A DNA stretch of 64,000 nucleotides. Origin: the human T2T-CHM13v2.0 reference genome, Homo sapiens. The stretch lies in the NCBI RefSeq assembly GCF_009914755.1, contig NC_060947.1. One strand, written 5' to 3'. The notes under the pieces are model-generated. The model was not told the DNA's origin, did not search any database, and saw only the letters and a list, made by a program, of their open reading frames with translations. The translations under genes were made by a program, and so were the position numbers. Positions 44,796 through 60,230 of this stretch are shown piece by piece; the stretch's first letter is position 1; each line of letters starts with the position of its first letter.

Positions 44796-45473
44796 TAGTG
44801 CCTAATTTTAAAGTACCATTCAAATTCACTGAACCTATTACTTCTGTAACAGGTGTTACCAGGTTCCAGACATAGTATCCTCAGTAAATTCTTTTTGAAC
44901 CTTAGCTTTCCTTCACATTATGATTATAAAGAATGAATGACCATAAAAGAAGAATCTCAGAAATAGCAAAGGAGAACTTAGTGAAAGCAGTATGCAAGGT
45001 AGTGTTTTTGTTTTCCTATTGTGTGGCTGCAGAAAAAGGCCTCAGCTGTCCCCGCCATCAGTAATTTTCTCCTAGAGTACAGCCAGGGCAAAATTACCCC
45101 AGTGCAACTGCTGAATGAGATAGTCATGTTCTGGGAAGACACTGGCAGGACCAGAATAGCCTTTCTGCAGAATACTGTGCTTCCATTGGGAAGAGGAGGG
45201 AGAGAAGAGAATTCCTCTCTTCACATATTGGGCCAACACTCCAAAGATATGGCAGCTACCCGCTTCAGCTCCAAGCATGGAAGGCCACTATGAGTAAAAA
45301 CTGAATGCGGCCAGGCTTTACTTTAAAATGGGAAAAACCTTTCTCACATCAAAGAGCAGGAGTCTGAAGTCCCAAGAACTCTGTTCATCTAGTAAAAATT
45401 ACAGCCAAGTTAAGGTTCCAGAAAGTTTGCACATAAGCTCTCTAGTTAGCCATGCACAGAAAGTGATTTCTTA

Positions 45474-45821
<348 letters not shown>

Positions 45822-46177
45822 TTAAACATACAGTGAAATGTCAAAGGTGGGCGTGGAATTTGACCCTGTTATAATGAAGGGGGCTACCCTTAATGGCCTG
45901 ACAGATTTTTGGTAAAGGGTCAGACTGAGCCAAAGGCTGACCTTCATGCAATCATCTCCTGACTCAGCCACTGGAGTAAACTCTCTAAACTCTTCCAAAT
46001 TTTTGGTCACTGACAACAATAACATCAATAATAATTCGCTTCCATTTAATGGTACTTATATACCAGGAACTGGGTTCACAGTTTTACAGACATTATTTTT
46101 ATCCACATAAAAACATGAGATAGGTATTACTACCACTCACATTTGCTAATAATAAGGAGCCTCAGAAAGGTGTAACA

Positions 46178-46352
46178 CAATGGTACCCAAACTTTGATGC
46201 ACTTTGGAATCCCCTGAGGATCATTAAAAACTACTAATGCCTGGCTGCCATCTTTATTCTGATTTAATTGGCATAAGGTATAACCTGGAGGTCAGGATAT
46301 TTTTAAAGCCCACCAGTTGATTTCAATGTGCAGTATAGTCTGGGAACCACTA
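46178..46352. mobile_element. MER5A-like hAT MITE nested in a MIR (about 46020-46440)
   Basis: Termini CAATGGTACCCAAACT / TCTGGGAACCACTA. 8-bp TSD GTGTAACA / GTGTAGCA. Confidence 0.82.
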
Positions 46353-48049
46353 GTGTAGCAGCCGTGCCAAAGTTCACTTGGTAACAGACTGAGCTAATAT
46401 ACAATCCTGGATTGACTTGACTTCAGAGCATATGCTCTCAACCAAGCTACCAAGCTTTCCAAGAACAATTACAATATTTATTTTAATCAAGATTTACTCC
46501 TGGAAATTTCACCTTTTTTTAGGTCTTACGGTGCCCTTTATATTTTTCCATCAAGTCAAATAACATGTTTGCAGTTGTATAATGATACTTTGATAAATGG
46601 GAGGTGGATAGATTAAGTTTAAATCTGTCAAAAATAGCACAACCTTCTCAGCCTAAGTCAGAACGCTAAATAAGGCTACCAATTCTAATGGAGCAGAGCT
46701 GCAGAAAAAGATGGGTTGGTGCATGTGTTTCTTTTGGATTCTATTTCAAATTGCTCTTAACATTTAATAAATGATATCTAATTACTCAAATAACATACTT
46801 GTCGCTAATACTACCAAGAATGTCACTGGGCTGTATCAAGTAAGAAACACCTTTGTAATATAAATGCAACTAATCCTTGTTCAGTTGGTATTGAGTACTG
46901 TGGGGCTTCGTGCACATGGCAATTATGCAACTTCTACCTACTAGGGTTTCCAGGTACATGCAGCGATCTGAAACTCAGGGTATGCTCTCTGTCCTAGAAA
47001 AATGGCAGAATGAGGTAGCTGCTTCCCAGAAACAAGCTCTCCCTATAGCCAGTAAGTCATGTTTCCAAGGCAACTAGGAACCACAGGTAAGGCACCTCCG
47101 TAAAGATCCTTGCAGGCAGTGCCCAACAACTGCCAGCCAATGTGGCTTTTGACAGTCACTGACTTGGGCTGGGGAAGAAAGGGCAAAAGCAGGAAGTAGT
47201 TCCTGTCTTTACAGACCATCGATGGGAATTATATCACATTCAGTGGGGGAAAAGAGCAGGAGCAGCATGATATGTTGAATTATAGGTCAGGCTTTCTAGC
47301 TGCATTCGAATAAAGAAGCTGTCAAAAACTCAGAATGGGGCAATCAACATGAAGGACAGCATGAGAGAGAATCAAGATCTGGGGAGAGGTTGATGAGCAG
47401 CAAAGGCCTGAGCACCTCCGTATTATGGTAGGCAGCAGGTATACCAGAACCCTTTCTTTTGCCTTTTAAAGCTGTAGAAGAAACAAATTACACCTGTTCC
47501 CTCTATAGAAAAACTAGTTTATTTCTTACATTTCTCTTAAAAATATAAAAGCATCCAATTATGTCATCTCACATCCAAGTGTTTGGTAATACCCAAGTCA
47601 CTAAATCACCAAAGGTAAAATCTATAATACACTACACAACGCCACTGCTAATATTAATTGGCATACTGTACAGAGAGCCATATAGGAAGACCAGGGCTTC
47701 ATGTTCACAAAAGAACAGTCAGAGTAATGAAACTATCTACAGTCTGGTGACAGGCCAAGAGCAGTGTCTTGTCAGAGCAGGCATTCACAACTTGCAAGTA
47801 TGAGATCAAAAAGGAAAGCCGCACTTTGGGCTCGGCAATAGGTATGCCATGGCCTTTATTTTTGCATCAGATGTGGCAAGTCTACGCAAAATTCAATAAA
47901 TCATGACCTACACCTAGCACAGTCACTAAAACCTTATGGAAACCCTTATGATATTTTGTACTCAACAGCTTTTTGCAGATTTTTCACATTCTTAATTTAT
48001 ACAAGTGTTCAGCACAGCTCTGAAGGCTGGAGGAGGGTGTTAGAATAAT

Positions 48050-48570
48050 AATAAGATTAATAGCTATCATTGCTTGAAAACTTGTCAGGCACTATTTTTT
48101 TTAAGTTCTTTAATACATAGTGGCTCATTTACTCCTCACAAAACCATTGTGATTAGGTGCTACTGTTGCCCATGTATTACTGAAGGTGAAACTGAGGCAC
48201 ATTGCAGTAACCTGGGTAAGGTCACCTGGTAAGTAGCAGAGGCTTTCAGCCCAGGTGTTAGTCTGAGCTCTTGGTGGGACGGAATGGGAGGAATTCTGCC
48301 TACTACTCCTCAAACCCCATTTCAACCAGAGCAACTGCACTATCGGGCTTCACTTTAGAAGTTGTCTGGAAACAACTACAGTTAAAACAATGTTTTAAAA
48401 CCACTGGCTTGCTGGAAAAAGCACTGGCAAGAGGGTTGAATTCTGATCTTCATTTTGCATCTGGTTGTACCCTGTGTCCTTAGGTAAGTCATTTCGGGGC
48501 CCTGGTTCCTTATTTTCAAAAAGAGTGTAGTAGGAGCTGATGCTTGTAAGATTTCTACCAAAGTTCTAAT
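48050..48570. mobile_element. Two MIR fragments in opposite orientation
   Basis: GAAACTGAGGCAC..AAGGTCAC and CCTTAGGTAAGTCATTT cores. Confidence 0.6.
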
Positions 48571-48619
48571 GATTCTCCTCTACATCTAATTATGCATTTA
48601 CAACAAATATAGGATCAGC

Positions 48620-49135
48620 AGAACATGTAAACACCATGAAGATGCAATCAGCAAACTCTAGACTGGGAGAAATTTTACAACATAAATAATCTGGTTTTGT
48701 CCACAAATAAATTGCAAGGTTAACCTAAACATTAAAAGAGACTCAGAAAGTATATAAACCAATTGCAATGTGTGGACCTTCTTTAGATCCTGATTCAAAT
48801 AAGCATGCTATGAAAAGAAATGAGTCAACTGGAGAAATGTGACCATTGACTATTTGATATTAAGGACTTAAGTGATAGGGTATTATTATTTTTAAAAATC
48901 CTTGTCTTTAAGAGATGCATAATGAAATAACTGTTTTTGAGATTTACTTCAAAATAAGCCTGTGATAGAGCAGACGGGGTTATCAGTGGAATAGGAATGT
49001 CAAGGAATTGAGAGTTGTTGAAGCTGAGTGGTTAGGACAAGCTGAGTGGTTCAACAACTATTTACATTCATTCATTATATAAATAGCATTCTCTCTACTT
49101 TTATGTATGTCTGAAATTTTCCTTAATAAAGACCT
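48620..49135 (+). mobile_element. L1MC/ME-type 3' UTR fragment
   Basis: GATGCAATCAGCAAA..TGCAATGTGTGGACCTT..GATCCTGATTCAAA; ends ATGTCTGAAATTTTCCTTAATAAA. Confidence 0.7.
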
Positions 49136-49943
49136 TTAAAATGATAAATTTCACAACTGTGTAATTCTAACAATTGCTAAATGTAAATTTTATGAGTCAT
49201 GCTGGTTAAAAAAAATCCCTTAAATTTGTGTATCTTCATTTCATACAAATAAACCATCCAAACCTCTCTATTGCACTTGCTACCTACTATTTAGCAATGC
49301 TTACAATCTGCTATAAATTAATATCTTTATCCTTAGCTGTAGGCTACAATTCTAAAAATCCAATTAAATCATAAGTTAAACAACTGGGGCTAGTGCCAAG
49401 TCCCCCATCCACAGAGAAAAGCATCCATTTTCAACTGACACAAAATGAATACAATGGCTTATGAGTCCATTATTTTCTTCAACAGTTTTAGAATGGGGCT
49501 AACAAAGGTGGGGTGTGGGGCGGCTAATGCTATGGGTGCAGTTTACATGAGAAAGGGTAATATAACTTCATCAGTTCAATCTACAACAAGTAGGAATCAA
49601 TATTCTAAACTACAGAAGATCTTTGTGTATGCTTTTTTTCTTTGCAGTTAAAATATCATGTCTTCCCATGAGACACTAGAACACTATGACAATATAGTTT
49701 CAAGTTTTAGGAATTAGTGACTCTGAACTAAATGTTTCACATATATTCAAGTACAGAACCCACACCTAGGAAATATGTCATTTTCCTGTTGAGCAGTCTG
49801 CTTTCAATAGCTAAAAATTCCAAACAGAACCATATAATCATACCACAAACCAAGTGCACAGTTCTGTGTTCTTCCCATCTGCAGATAAAATGAAAATCAC
49901 AACACTGAAAGTCTTAGGGGGTTTTAACTATATATTTAACTTA

Positions 49944-50072
<129 letters not shown>

Positions 50073-50519
50073 CTAAAATGAAAAACAACAGAGGAAAGAA
50101 AGAAATTTCATGTAACAATCATCTACAAGATGATACTTATGTATGTGAAAAACTTACTAGCTAAAATAAGAAATTTTTTTACATGCTTTTGGTAGTGGCA
50201 AAGGAATCTGTAAATAAGGTCACTGCCTAGTAACTATAAAAAAGAAACTAACATATTGTGATGTGTCACATTAATACACCTCCCCTTTAACAGAATCTTA
50301 TTCAGAATGTTTACATGCTATAAGCTGCATTTCTAATAGACATGAACAACTTTTCAAGATTGCTTAGTAGCTAAAACTAGCTATTCTGGAGTTACTTCAG
50401 CAAAGACCATTAAGTATAAGTGAGGAATCCTCAGAGAAACTAAATACAGGCAGCAGCCAGCCTGTGTCACAAATGTTTTGGTTAATATTTTACATATTTT
50501 TGGTTAGTATTTTCAAGTC

Positions 50520-50670
50520 CAAATTGTGTAAGTCTTTTCTAACATCCTCTTCCTGAGAAGTCCCACAGTTCCTCATGGCATGTGTTCTTCCTTCCTGAAC
50601 TGAGTAATAAACCTAATTTGATCAACTACAAGTGTGTTCATGGGGGTCTTTGACTGGAGAACTTGGACAA
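50520..50670 (+). mobile_element. ERV1 LTR 3' fragment (MER67-like)
   Basis: AATAAACC..CAACTACAAGTGTGTTC..GGTCTTTGACTGG..GACA resembles a recalled LTR end. Confidence 0.4.
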
Positions 50671-51959
50671 TCTTGAGCTCCTATAACAGGACTTGGCATA
50701 CAAAAACAATCAATAAACACTAGATGAATAAATGAATGAGGATAGATCGGAAGCTATAACATTTATAAAGGCCTGCTCTGATATTATAAATCTTCCTTTA
50801 TTGAAAAAATTTAAAGTATTCTATGAACCTCATTCTGATGAAAGCATTTACATCAGTATTTATCTACACAGTGCTAAAGATTGTCAAACAAACATTTTCT
50901 GTGGCCTGAATAAATAATTCCCCATACTCATATGTATTTTTCACATGTATAAATGTCCCTTAATAAAATGCATTAAACTATGACACAAATTAACAAAATA
51001 ATGTATTTTCAATCAATGGCTACTAAAGATAATTACAAAAGGCTGGGAATTACTTGAATGGTGCATTAGTTAGTTCACTAGTTGACTTCAGAACATTTAC
51101 CGAGTGCCTACTAAATGACAAGTACTAGGGACAGAGACGATTCCTCCCCTATCCACCAGGGAGTTCAAATTCTAGATGGAGAGGCAGAATGAGAGGTACA
51201 CAGGGAGCTGGGGAAACCCAGAGGAGGGGACTACAACTCTGGCTGGCAGGAGAGACAAAGCAAATGATAATGGATGCAACATTCTCCATGAAGTTAAAAG
51301 ACACTTCCAACGTACTTTCTATAAACAAAGATTTAAGCTCAGCAAAGATATTCCACTGAATTAAGAAGTACAAAAAAAAGTGTTGCATTCCTTTTTATTT
51401 TCAAAGGAGAGGACTAGTCCGTGGCACATAACACCACATTTTCTTTGGAAGCTACTCATTTTCACTAATGAGTAAATTTAAAAAATACAACTCAGATTGA
51501 CTGGTGTGTCATTTAGTCTTGAATTTCATTCAAACAAAAGAAGCATCAATCTACTTTTGTTTCACTATGGTACTTTAAAATCACATGACAGATAATTGTA
51601 ATTCTTAGGTACATAATTAGAAGAGACAGAATATCCCCAAAACAAACAGATAAAGTTGATAATACTGCTTTTTTATGAAACCTGTTACAATGTTTCCTTT
51701 TCATTAAAAAAAAAAAAAAGACATTTAGTATCCTAGTTTTGCTAAAGAAAGGGAAGCTTTTTGTGTAAAGAATCTGAATCCTGGTCCATTTCTACATTCT
51801 TCATAGTCCTCCTCGCAAGTTCCAGAGAATGCCTAATGTGCTTCTGGACTGAAAAAGGCTGACTACTCAAAGGTACTCCAAAGATATTTGCAATAAAGGT
51901 TGCTACATTCAGCACTAGCACAAAACCAAAATCAAAAATAAAGATTTTGCACATCACAT

Positions 51960-52335
51960 TACCTCCTGAGCTCTCCTGGTACTCTTTTACCTTCCTTTTA
52001 CCTGGTACACTTTTCCTTTAAGATGTCGACGTTATTCCTTCCCTTACCTCCAGGTCTCTGCCCAAATGTCACCTCATCAGAGAGACCTTTTCAGATGTCT
52101 AAAACGGCAGCTCTCTCTCTCCCAGTCACACTCTATCCCTTTATTATGCTTTCTTTTTTCCATCATAGCATGTATCAGTACCCAACATAATATATTTGAT
52201 TGTTGTCTTTCACCCTATCACTACACACTGCAAGTTTCATGGGGGCAAGGAAGTTTATTTTGATCACTGCAATATTCTCAGCACTTAGCCTGGCACAAAG
52301 TAGGCAATCAAGAAATAGTTGCCAAATGAATGAAC
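51960..52335 (+). mobile_element. L2a 3' fragment
   Basis: CAGGTCTCTGCCCAAATGTCACCTCATCAGAGAG...CCTGGCACAAAGTAGGCAATCAA..AATGAATGAA. Confidence 0.75.
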
Positions 52336-52944
52336 CTACCAGTTGAGCAACGGAAGGAGCCAAACATCAACTCCTATGGAACCATAAGCAGTTAAGGTAA
52401 TCTAAGAAGACTGAAGACAATCCACGGTTTAAATCTCAGCTGGCTTTGTAAGGAATGAGTCCTTTTTCCCCTAAAATTTGTGCTTGGTAAACATATTTTA
52501 AAAGGATAATACAGCAACAGACTCCTTTCAAAATGAAAACAATATTTCCACCAGAACAAGCCAACTTACCTTTAGCACACTGCTACACATTAGTTAAGAG
52601 AATTTCAAATATACTTTTAATACTTGCATCCATCCAAGAAAGTAAGGAATTAGCAACATTTTGCTCAATAGCAATTTGAATGTTCAAGAAAAACAGATTG
52701 ATCAGAACTTACGAAACTCTCTAATACTATTAATTTTGAATACAAGAAGGTTGATGGCACTTCCAAAAACTGCAAGATGCTTAATTTATAATGAAAGATT
52801 ATCTGCTTAACTGGCACTACTGGGCTAATGACATGGCACTGATGTAAGAGACAGCATACCAAATAGTAAAAAGGCAAATTCAAGAGAAAGAGACCAGTCA
52901 TTCCCATTGAGAAGAATGCATTCTCTTAAAAATACTGCCAAAGA

Positions 52945-55900
52945 GACTTCAACACCCTACTGGCAGTATGAGACAGATCACTGAGGCCAAAAATTAACAA
53001 CGATATTCAGGCCCTGAATTCAACATGTGACCAAATGGACCTAACAGACATCTACAGAACTCTCTACCCCCAAAACAACAGAATATACATTCCTCTTATC
53101 ACCACATGGCACATACTCTAAAATCGACCACACAATTGGACATAACAATCCACAGCAAATTCAAAAAAACAAAAATCATACCAACCATACTCTCAAACCA
53201 CAGAGTGATAAAAATAGAAATGAATACTAAGAAAATCACTCAAAACCATACAACAACATGGAAATTAAACAACCTGCTCCTGAATGATTTTTGGGTAAAT
53301 AATGAAATTAAGGCAAAAATCAAGAATTTCTTTAAAACTAATGAAGAACAAAGATACAACATACCAGAATCTCTGGGACACAGCTAAGGAAGTGTTAAGA
53401 GGGAAATTTATAGCACTAAACACCCGCATCAAAAAGTTAAAAAGAGGGCCGGGCACAGTGGCTGAAGCCTGTAATCCCAGCAATTTGGGAGGCCAACACA
53501 GGCAGATCATCTGAGGTCAGGAGTTCAAGACCGGCCTGACCAACATGCTGAAACCCTATCTCTAATAAAATACAAAAATTAGCCAGGTGTGGTGACAGGC
53601 ACCTGTAATCTCAGCTACTTGGGAGGCTGAGGCAGGAGAAATCACCTGAACCCAGGAGGTGGAGGTGGCAGTGAGCCGAAATCACGCCACTGCATTACAG
53701 CCTGGGTGACAGAGCAAGAGAAAAAGAAAGAAAAGAAAGGGAAAGGGAAAGGGAAGAAAAGAAGAAGAAAAGGAAACCAAAGAAAGAAGTTAGAAAGAGG
53801 TCAAATTAACAACCCAACATCACAACTAGAGGAACTACAGAAACAAGAGCAAACTAACCCCAAAGCTAGAAGAAAACAAGAAATAACCCAAATCAGAGCT
53901 GAACTGAGGGAAACTGAGATGCAAAAAAACCATACAAAAGACCAAGAAATCCAGGAGATGGTTATTTGAAAAAATGTAATAATATACATAGACCATTAGC
54001 TGGACTAATACAGAAAAAAAAGAGAAAATTCAAATAAACACAATCAGAAATGACAAAGCAGATGATACTACAGATACAACAGAAATACAAAAACCCTGAG
54101 AGACTACTATGAACATTTCTATGCATACAAACTAGAAAACCTATAAGAAATGGTTAAATTTCTGGACATATACAACCTCCCAAGACTGAACCAGTCAGAA
54201 AACCAGAGATTTCCTGAATCCCTGAAAAGACCAATAATGACTTCAAAAACTGAAAGGTAATAAAAAGTATACCAACCAAAAAAAAAGCTCAGGACCAGAT
54301 GGAGTCACAGCCAAATTCTACCAGATGTATAAGGAAGATCTGTAGCATTCCTACTGAAACTATTCCAAAAAAATTGAGAAGGAGGGACTCCTCCCTAAAT
54401 CATTCTATCAGGCCAGCATCATTCTGATACGGAAACCTTGGCACAGACACAACAACAACAACAAAAAGAAAACTTCAGGCCAATATCCTTGATGAAGAAG
54501 ATAGATGCAAAAATACTCAACAAAATACTAGCAAACTGAAACCAGCAGCACATCACAAAGCTAATCCACCATGATCAGGCAGGCTTTATCACTAGAATGC
54601 AAGGTTGGTTCAATATCTGCAAATCAATAAATGTGATTTATCACATAAACAGAACTAAAAACAAAAACCACATGATCATCTCAATAGATGCAGAAAAGGT
54701 TTTCAATAAAATCCATCATGTTAAAAACTCTCAACAAACGAGGCACTGAAAGAACATTCTTCAAAATAATAAGAGCCATCTAAGAAAAACCCATAGCCAA
54801 CATCACACTTAACAATCAAAAGCTGGAAGCATTCCCTCAAAAACCAGAAGACTAGGATGCCCTCTCTCACCACTCCTATTTAACATAGTACTGGAAGTCC
54901 TAGCCAAAGCAATCAGGCAAGAGAAAGAAATAAAAGGCATCCAAATAGGAAGACAGCAAGTCAAACTATCCCTGTTTGCAGACAATATGATTCTATATCT
55001 AGAAAACCTCATAGTCTTGCCCCAAAAGCTCCTTGACCTGATAACTTCAGCGAAGTTTCAGGATACGAAATCAATGTACAAAAATCAGTAGCAATCCTAT
55101 ACACCAACAACATCCAAGCTGAGAGCCAAATCAGTAACATAATCCCATTCACAACAGCCACAAAAATAATGAAATGCCTAGAAATACAGCTAACCAGTGA
55201 GGTGAAAGATCTTTACAATGAAAATTGCAAAACACTGCTCAAAGAAATCAGAGATGACACAAACAAATGGAAAAACATTCCATGCTCTTGGATAGGAAGA
55301 ATCAATATTGTTAAAATGGTCATATTGCCCCAGGCAATTTACAAGTTCAATGCTATTCCTATCAAACTACTAATTACATTCTTCACAGAATTAGAAATAA
55401 ATATTTTAATATTCATATGGCACCAAAAAAGAGCCCAAATAGCCAAGGCAATCCTAAGCAAAATGAACAAAGCTGGAGGCATTACAATACCTGACTTCAA
55501 ACTATACTACAGGCTACAGTAACCAAAACCGCATGGTACTGATACAAAAACAGACCAATGGAACAGAATAGAGAGCCCGGAAAAAAGGCCACATATCTAT
55601 GACCATGTGATCTTCAACATAGCTGACAGAAACAAGCAATGGGGAAAAGAATCCCTATTCAATAAATGGCACTAGGATAACTTGCTAGCCACATGCAGAA
55701 GATTGAAACTGGACCCGTTTCTTATGCCATATACAAAAATCAACTCAAGATGGATTAAAGACTTAAATGTAAAACCTAAAACTATAACCACCCTGGAAGA
55801 TAACCTAGGATATACCAGTCTGGACACAGGAGCTGGCAAAGATTTCATCGCAAAGATGCTGAAAGCAATAGCAACAAAAACAAAAACTGACAAATGTTAC

Positions 55901-56881
55901 CTAATTAAATAAAGAATTTCTGCATACAAGAAGATGACTATCAACAGAGTAAACTGACAACCTACAAAATGGGAGAAAATATTTACAAATGATGAATGTG
56001 ACAAATATGTAATATCCAGCATCTGTAAGGAACTTACATAAATTTATAAGCAAAAATCAAACCACCCCATTAAAAAGTGGGCAAAGGACACGAACAGACA
56101 CTTTTCAAAAGACATACACGCAGCCAACAAGCATATGAAAAAACGCTCAACATCACTAATCATTAGAGAAATGCAAATCAAAACAAAAACGAGATACCAT
56201 CTCACACCAGTCAGAATGGCTATTATTAAAAAGTCAAAAAAGTAACAGATGCTGGCAAGGTTGCAGAGAAAAGGGAACACTTGCAGAATGCTGGTGAGAA
56301 TGTAAATTAGTTTAGCCATTGTGGAGAGCAGTGTGATGATTCCTCAAAGACCTTAAAACAGAATTACCATTCAACCCAGCAATCCCATTACTGGGTATAT
56401 ACCCAAAGGAATATAAATTATTCTACCATAAAGACACATATACACGTTTACTGCAGCATTCTTCATAATATCAAAGATATGTAATCAACCTAAATTCCCA
56501 TCAATGGTAGACTGGATAAAGAAAATGTGGTACATATATACCATTAAATACTATGCAACCATAAAAAATAAGATCATGTCATTTGCAGCAACACGGATGG
56601 AGCTGGAAGCCATCATCCTAAGCAAACTAACACAAAAACAGAAAACCAAATACAGCATATTCTAACTTATAAGTGGGAGCTAAACAATGAGAACATATGG
56701 ACACAAAGAAGGGAACAACAGACACTGGAGTCTACTTCAGGGTGGAGAGTGAGAGGAGGGAGAGGATCAAAAAGCTACCTATCAGGTACTATACTTTTTA
56801 CCTGGGTGACAAAATAAACTGAACACCAAACTCCTGTGGCATGAGTTTACCTACATAAACCTGCACATGCACTCCTGAACC

Positions 56882-56911
<30 letters not shown>
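52945..56911 (+). mobile_element. 5'-truncated L1PA15/16-like element (about 4 kb), antisense to ATP11C
   Basis: Begins in the ORF2 endonuclease region (DFNT motif), has decayed RT fragments in the ORF track, a 3' UTR and a long A tail. TSD ACTGCCAAAGA at 52934-52944 and 56912-56922. Confidence 0.96.
53447..53785 (+). mobile_element. AluS nested in L1, with a purine-repeat tail
   Basis: Full dimer. TSD AAGTTA(A/G)AAAGAG. Confidence 0.95.
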
Positions 56912-56912
<1 letters not shown>

Positions 56913-57703
56913 CTGCCAAAGAATTAGGAAAAAATCACTTCCTACCAGGAGGACCCAAGAAGAATACATAAGTGTATTCATAAGTGTACTTTGTATTCAC
57001 AGAAGCATATATAAAGCTTGCCTTTGAAATTTAGAAACTTAACACCTATGGCAATGTGGTAGCTCAGTTTGGCAAAATCACTGAACTTCTCATAGATTAA
57101 TTATAAAATTTCTGAGTCACTGAGTACTATAGCTCCTGTATTTCGCTGTATTTCGCTATACCTCCCACTAGAAGCAATGCCAAATCCATTTCAGTTTTTA
57201 AAACAAAGATGTCTCGCCATCCTACCACTTATGTATCAAGTTAATATATAGCATATTCCTTATGTAATACATGTTCAGAAAACAATAGAAGGCAAAACAT
57301 CTATAGCTGCTTTACGTAATCCAAAGCTTTCTCTAGGAATCACAGGTTCTTGGCTAGCTTAAAGATTAATGCTTTTCTATAAAACTAACCTGAAAGCCTG
57401 CAAAGTTGGGAGATTCCATTTGATGAAATATTAAACTATAACATTTTAGAATTATGAAACACTTTTTATACATTGATAAAAAGAAAAAATTCAAAATACT
57501 CTTTTTAATGTTATCACAACTCCAACAGGATGTACCAAAAGCATTTCAAAATGAAGGTAACAATAAGAAAACTAGAAAAGCAAAGACATAAACATTTGCT
57601 GTTGTCAAAACCAAGAGATCATTTTACTTTGTACATACATCTCTAATCTCTAGAAATCTAATATATAAGGGTAATTTATTAACAGCAAATGTAAACTATA
57701 TTA

Positions 57704-57826
<123 letters not shown>

Positions 57827-58343
57827 TTAATCAACTTGCTAAACTAAAATGGGAAACTATATTCCAAATAGTTTATAATTATTCCTAAATCCTTCTAATG
57901 TCAGAATGCAATAAACCTCTATTCCACAGACATAAGGAAACAACTAAAACAATGATTAATTCATATTAAGGCCAACTTTTGCCCTATCAAGGCAGAAGAG
58001 GATCTTATTTACTTTATGAGAATCTGTTGCTGTCCTTCTTCCAGGAAATAAATGAGCTCCTCCAATATGAACACCTAATGATACTGTATCTTTAACACCA
58101 ATTAGATTTGCAAATCATATAGTAGACTGACAATGCTGTAAGTGTACATTTAAAGTCAATTAATGCCAATAAATAGTTGGGAAATTATTATAGATTATGT
58201 TGACACTAACAATATCAACTAACGCTTTAATGCCTTTATTACTACCTCATCAAACAATCAACATATCATTACTGAGCATCTACTACACACAAAGGTGGCA
58301 CACAGATGATAACAAAAAAAGAGTCAACTTCTTTTTCCTAAGT

Positions 58344-58450
58344 CAGGGCTCCCCCGCCCCTCCCCCGAGGCTGCACAGCAGGAGGTGAGTGGCAGGCAAG
58401 TGAGCATTAGGGCCCGAGGTCTCTGGTGCCAAAAAGGTTGGGGACCACTG
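58344..58450 (+). mobile_element. Internally deleted MER1-type (Charlie3) hAT element, 107 bp
   Basis: GCACAGCAGGAGGTGAG and GGTGCCAAAAAGGTTGGGGACCACTG. 8-bp TSD TCCTAAGT / TCCTAAGG. Confidence 0.85.
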
Positions 58451-59989
58451 TCCTAAGGGACTTATTATTTAATTTGAGAAATACTAAAAAGACAAGCAGA
58501 AAAGAAACACAAGCTGGGAATTCATAAGGTAGTAAAAGCTACTAAGTGTGATTATAAAATACTGAAAGTAATGTCTTTAAGCAAAACTACCAGCACGAGA
58601 ATTTTCAAATAAGTGCTATCCTTCAAAGCAGGCTGTGAGCTTTTTTACTGTTACTTGGTCATGATGTCTCTGAACTTCTCTTCAAGAAGCCCCTTCAAGA
58701 GCCCACTTTCCAGTCATGCCAGAAAACCAGTCTCCTCCCTTCTGTCAGCTAATTTCTCCAGAATTAGCTCTAGGAGACTTGAGACTGTTTTTAAAAATCA
58801 AATGCAACCTCAAAAGATGAACATCTACCACAGCTGAGGATATTTCGATCAATGTACTACTGGCTCTGGAGGATGTTTCTAAAGAAATGAGCTCAACAGG
58901 TTTTGAATTGCCCCTGCAGCATGAGTCAGAGCTCCCAAGGTCATCACCTGGAAAAGCAACACTCATTTATACATTATCAGTTCTGGTACAATGCAAAATA
59001 TAGTCCATAGTATTCCTAGAGTCACAGTTTATGAAAAAAATAAGTGTTCTGAGGTTGAAGCAGGTAGAGCTCAGTGGGGATCATGGGGATGCTCCATTGA
59101 GAAGGGAGAGCAGGTATCTACCTCACCCACCAGAATGTAAGTCTCATGAGAAAAGGGACACTGCCTGTCTTATTCCATGGTGTATCCTCAAGCACCTAAA
59201 ACAGGCCTTGGCACATGGTAACACATTTAAAATATATTTGTTCACCGATTGAATAAACAACTTAGAACTCGAACTATGAATAAAGATGAATAGCACATGT
59301 TGATGGCAGGAACCAAGGCAAGAATGTATATATTTTAAACTTATATGGTAAGACAGGGTCACACTGTGGGGTGCATTAAAAGCCAGACTAAAGCTGAGAC
59401 GGTGGAGAGTAAAGGTTCTAAGGGACAAGTTGAAAAGTGGCATTCTTTAAACACTAATCTAGTTGAATTATGTAAGGAGGATTAAATGGAGAAACAGAAG
59501 GCAGGAAGACCTGTCACTGAAGTACTCCGGGAGTGGGCAATAACAATTTGAAGATGCAATGGCGAGAGGATGGAAAGACTTCTCAGCTCAGCCAAATAGA
59601 GTTGAAAATTTTAGAAATCCTCTTCGCACAAAAGATAGTAATAAAAAAGAAATACTGCTGAGTCAGTAACCAAGATGATAATGGGCCTAGAGATACTAAC
59701 GAAGACAGAGGATATCATCTACATAAATAACCACTGGTCAACATTTGCCATTTTAACGCTTGTTTTGCTCTCCTTAACAGAGCATTCCTTCCATCTGGTG
59801 GCAGTTGCTTAAATTGCAGGCCAAAACTCAAAAGAGGCAAAATAAGCCTCTGAAATAGGTTCAGATTACTAGGCAGATCTGTATGACAAATCTTCAAGGG
59901 ATCTCCTACTAGGTGAAGGTCAAGAGAGAATAACCCTTTATTTCCATGAGCTGCTGTTACTGGGTGCAAGGCCCAAAAGACCCTAACTG

Positions 59990-60230
59990 TGACACATAAA
60001 AAGTCCTGGATTTGGAGTAAATGAATCTATGGTGGAACATCTAGCTCTGTCACCTCCTGGATGGAAAGCCAAAGGCAAGTTATACCATCTCTCTGAGCTC
60101 TACTTTCCATGTATTTTAAATGGAGATACTACTACTTGACTCATAGGATGTTTGTGAGGATTACATTTTTTAAAAAGTGATTTTGTGAACTCACAAAATA
60201 CCTTACACATATTGGGTTACCATCATCATT
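59990..60230 (+). mobile_element. MIR
   Basis: GGCAAGTTA..TCTCTGAGCTC..TTTCC..TAAATGGAGAT. Confidence 0.6.

Noticed and set aside
53106-56319. Endonuclease/RT-like ORFs as an active L1
   Set aside because: 5'-truncated, Alu-interrupted, with many stops and frameshifts.
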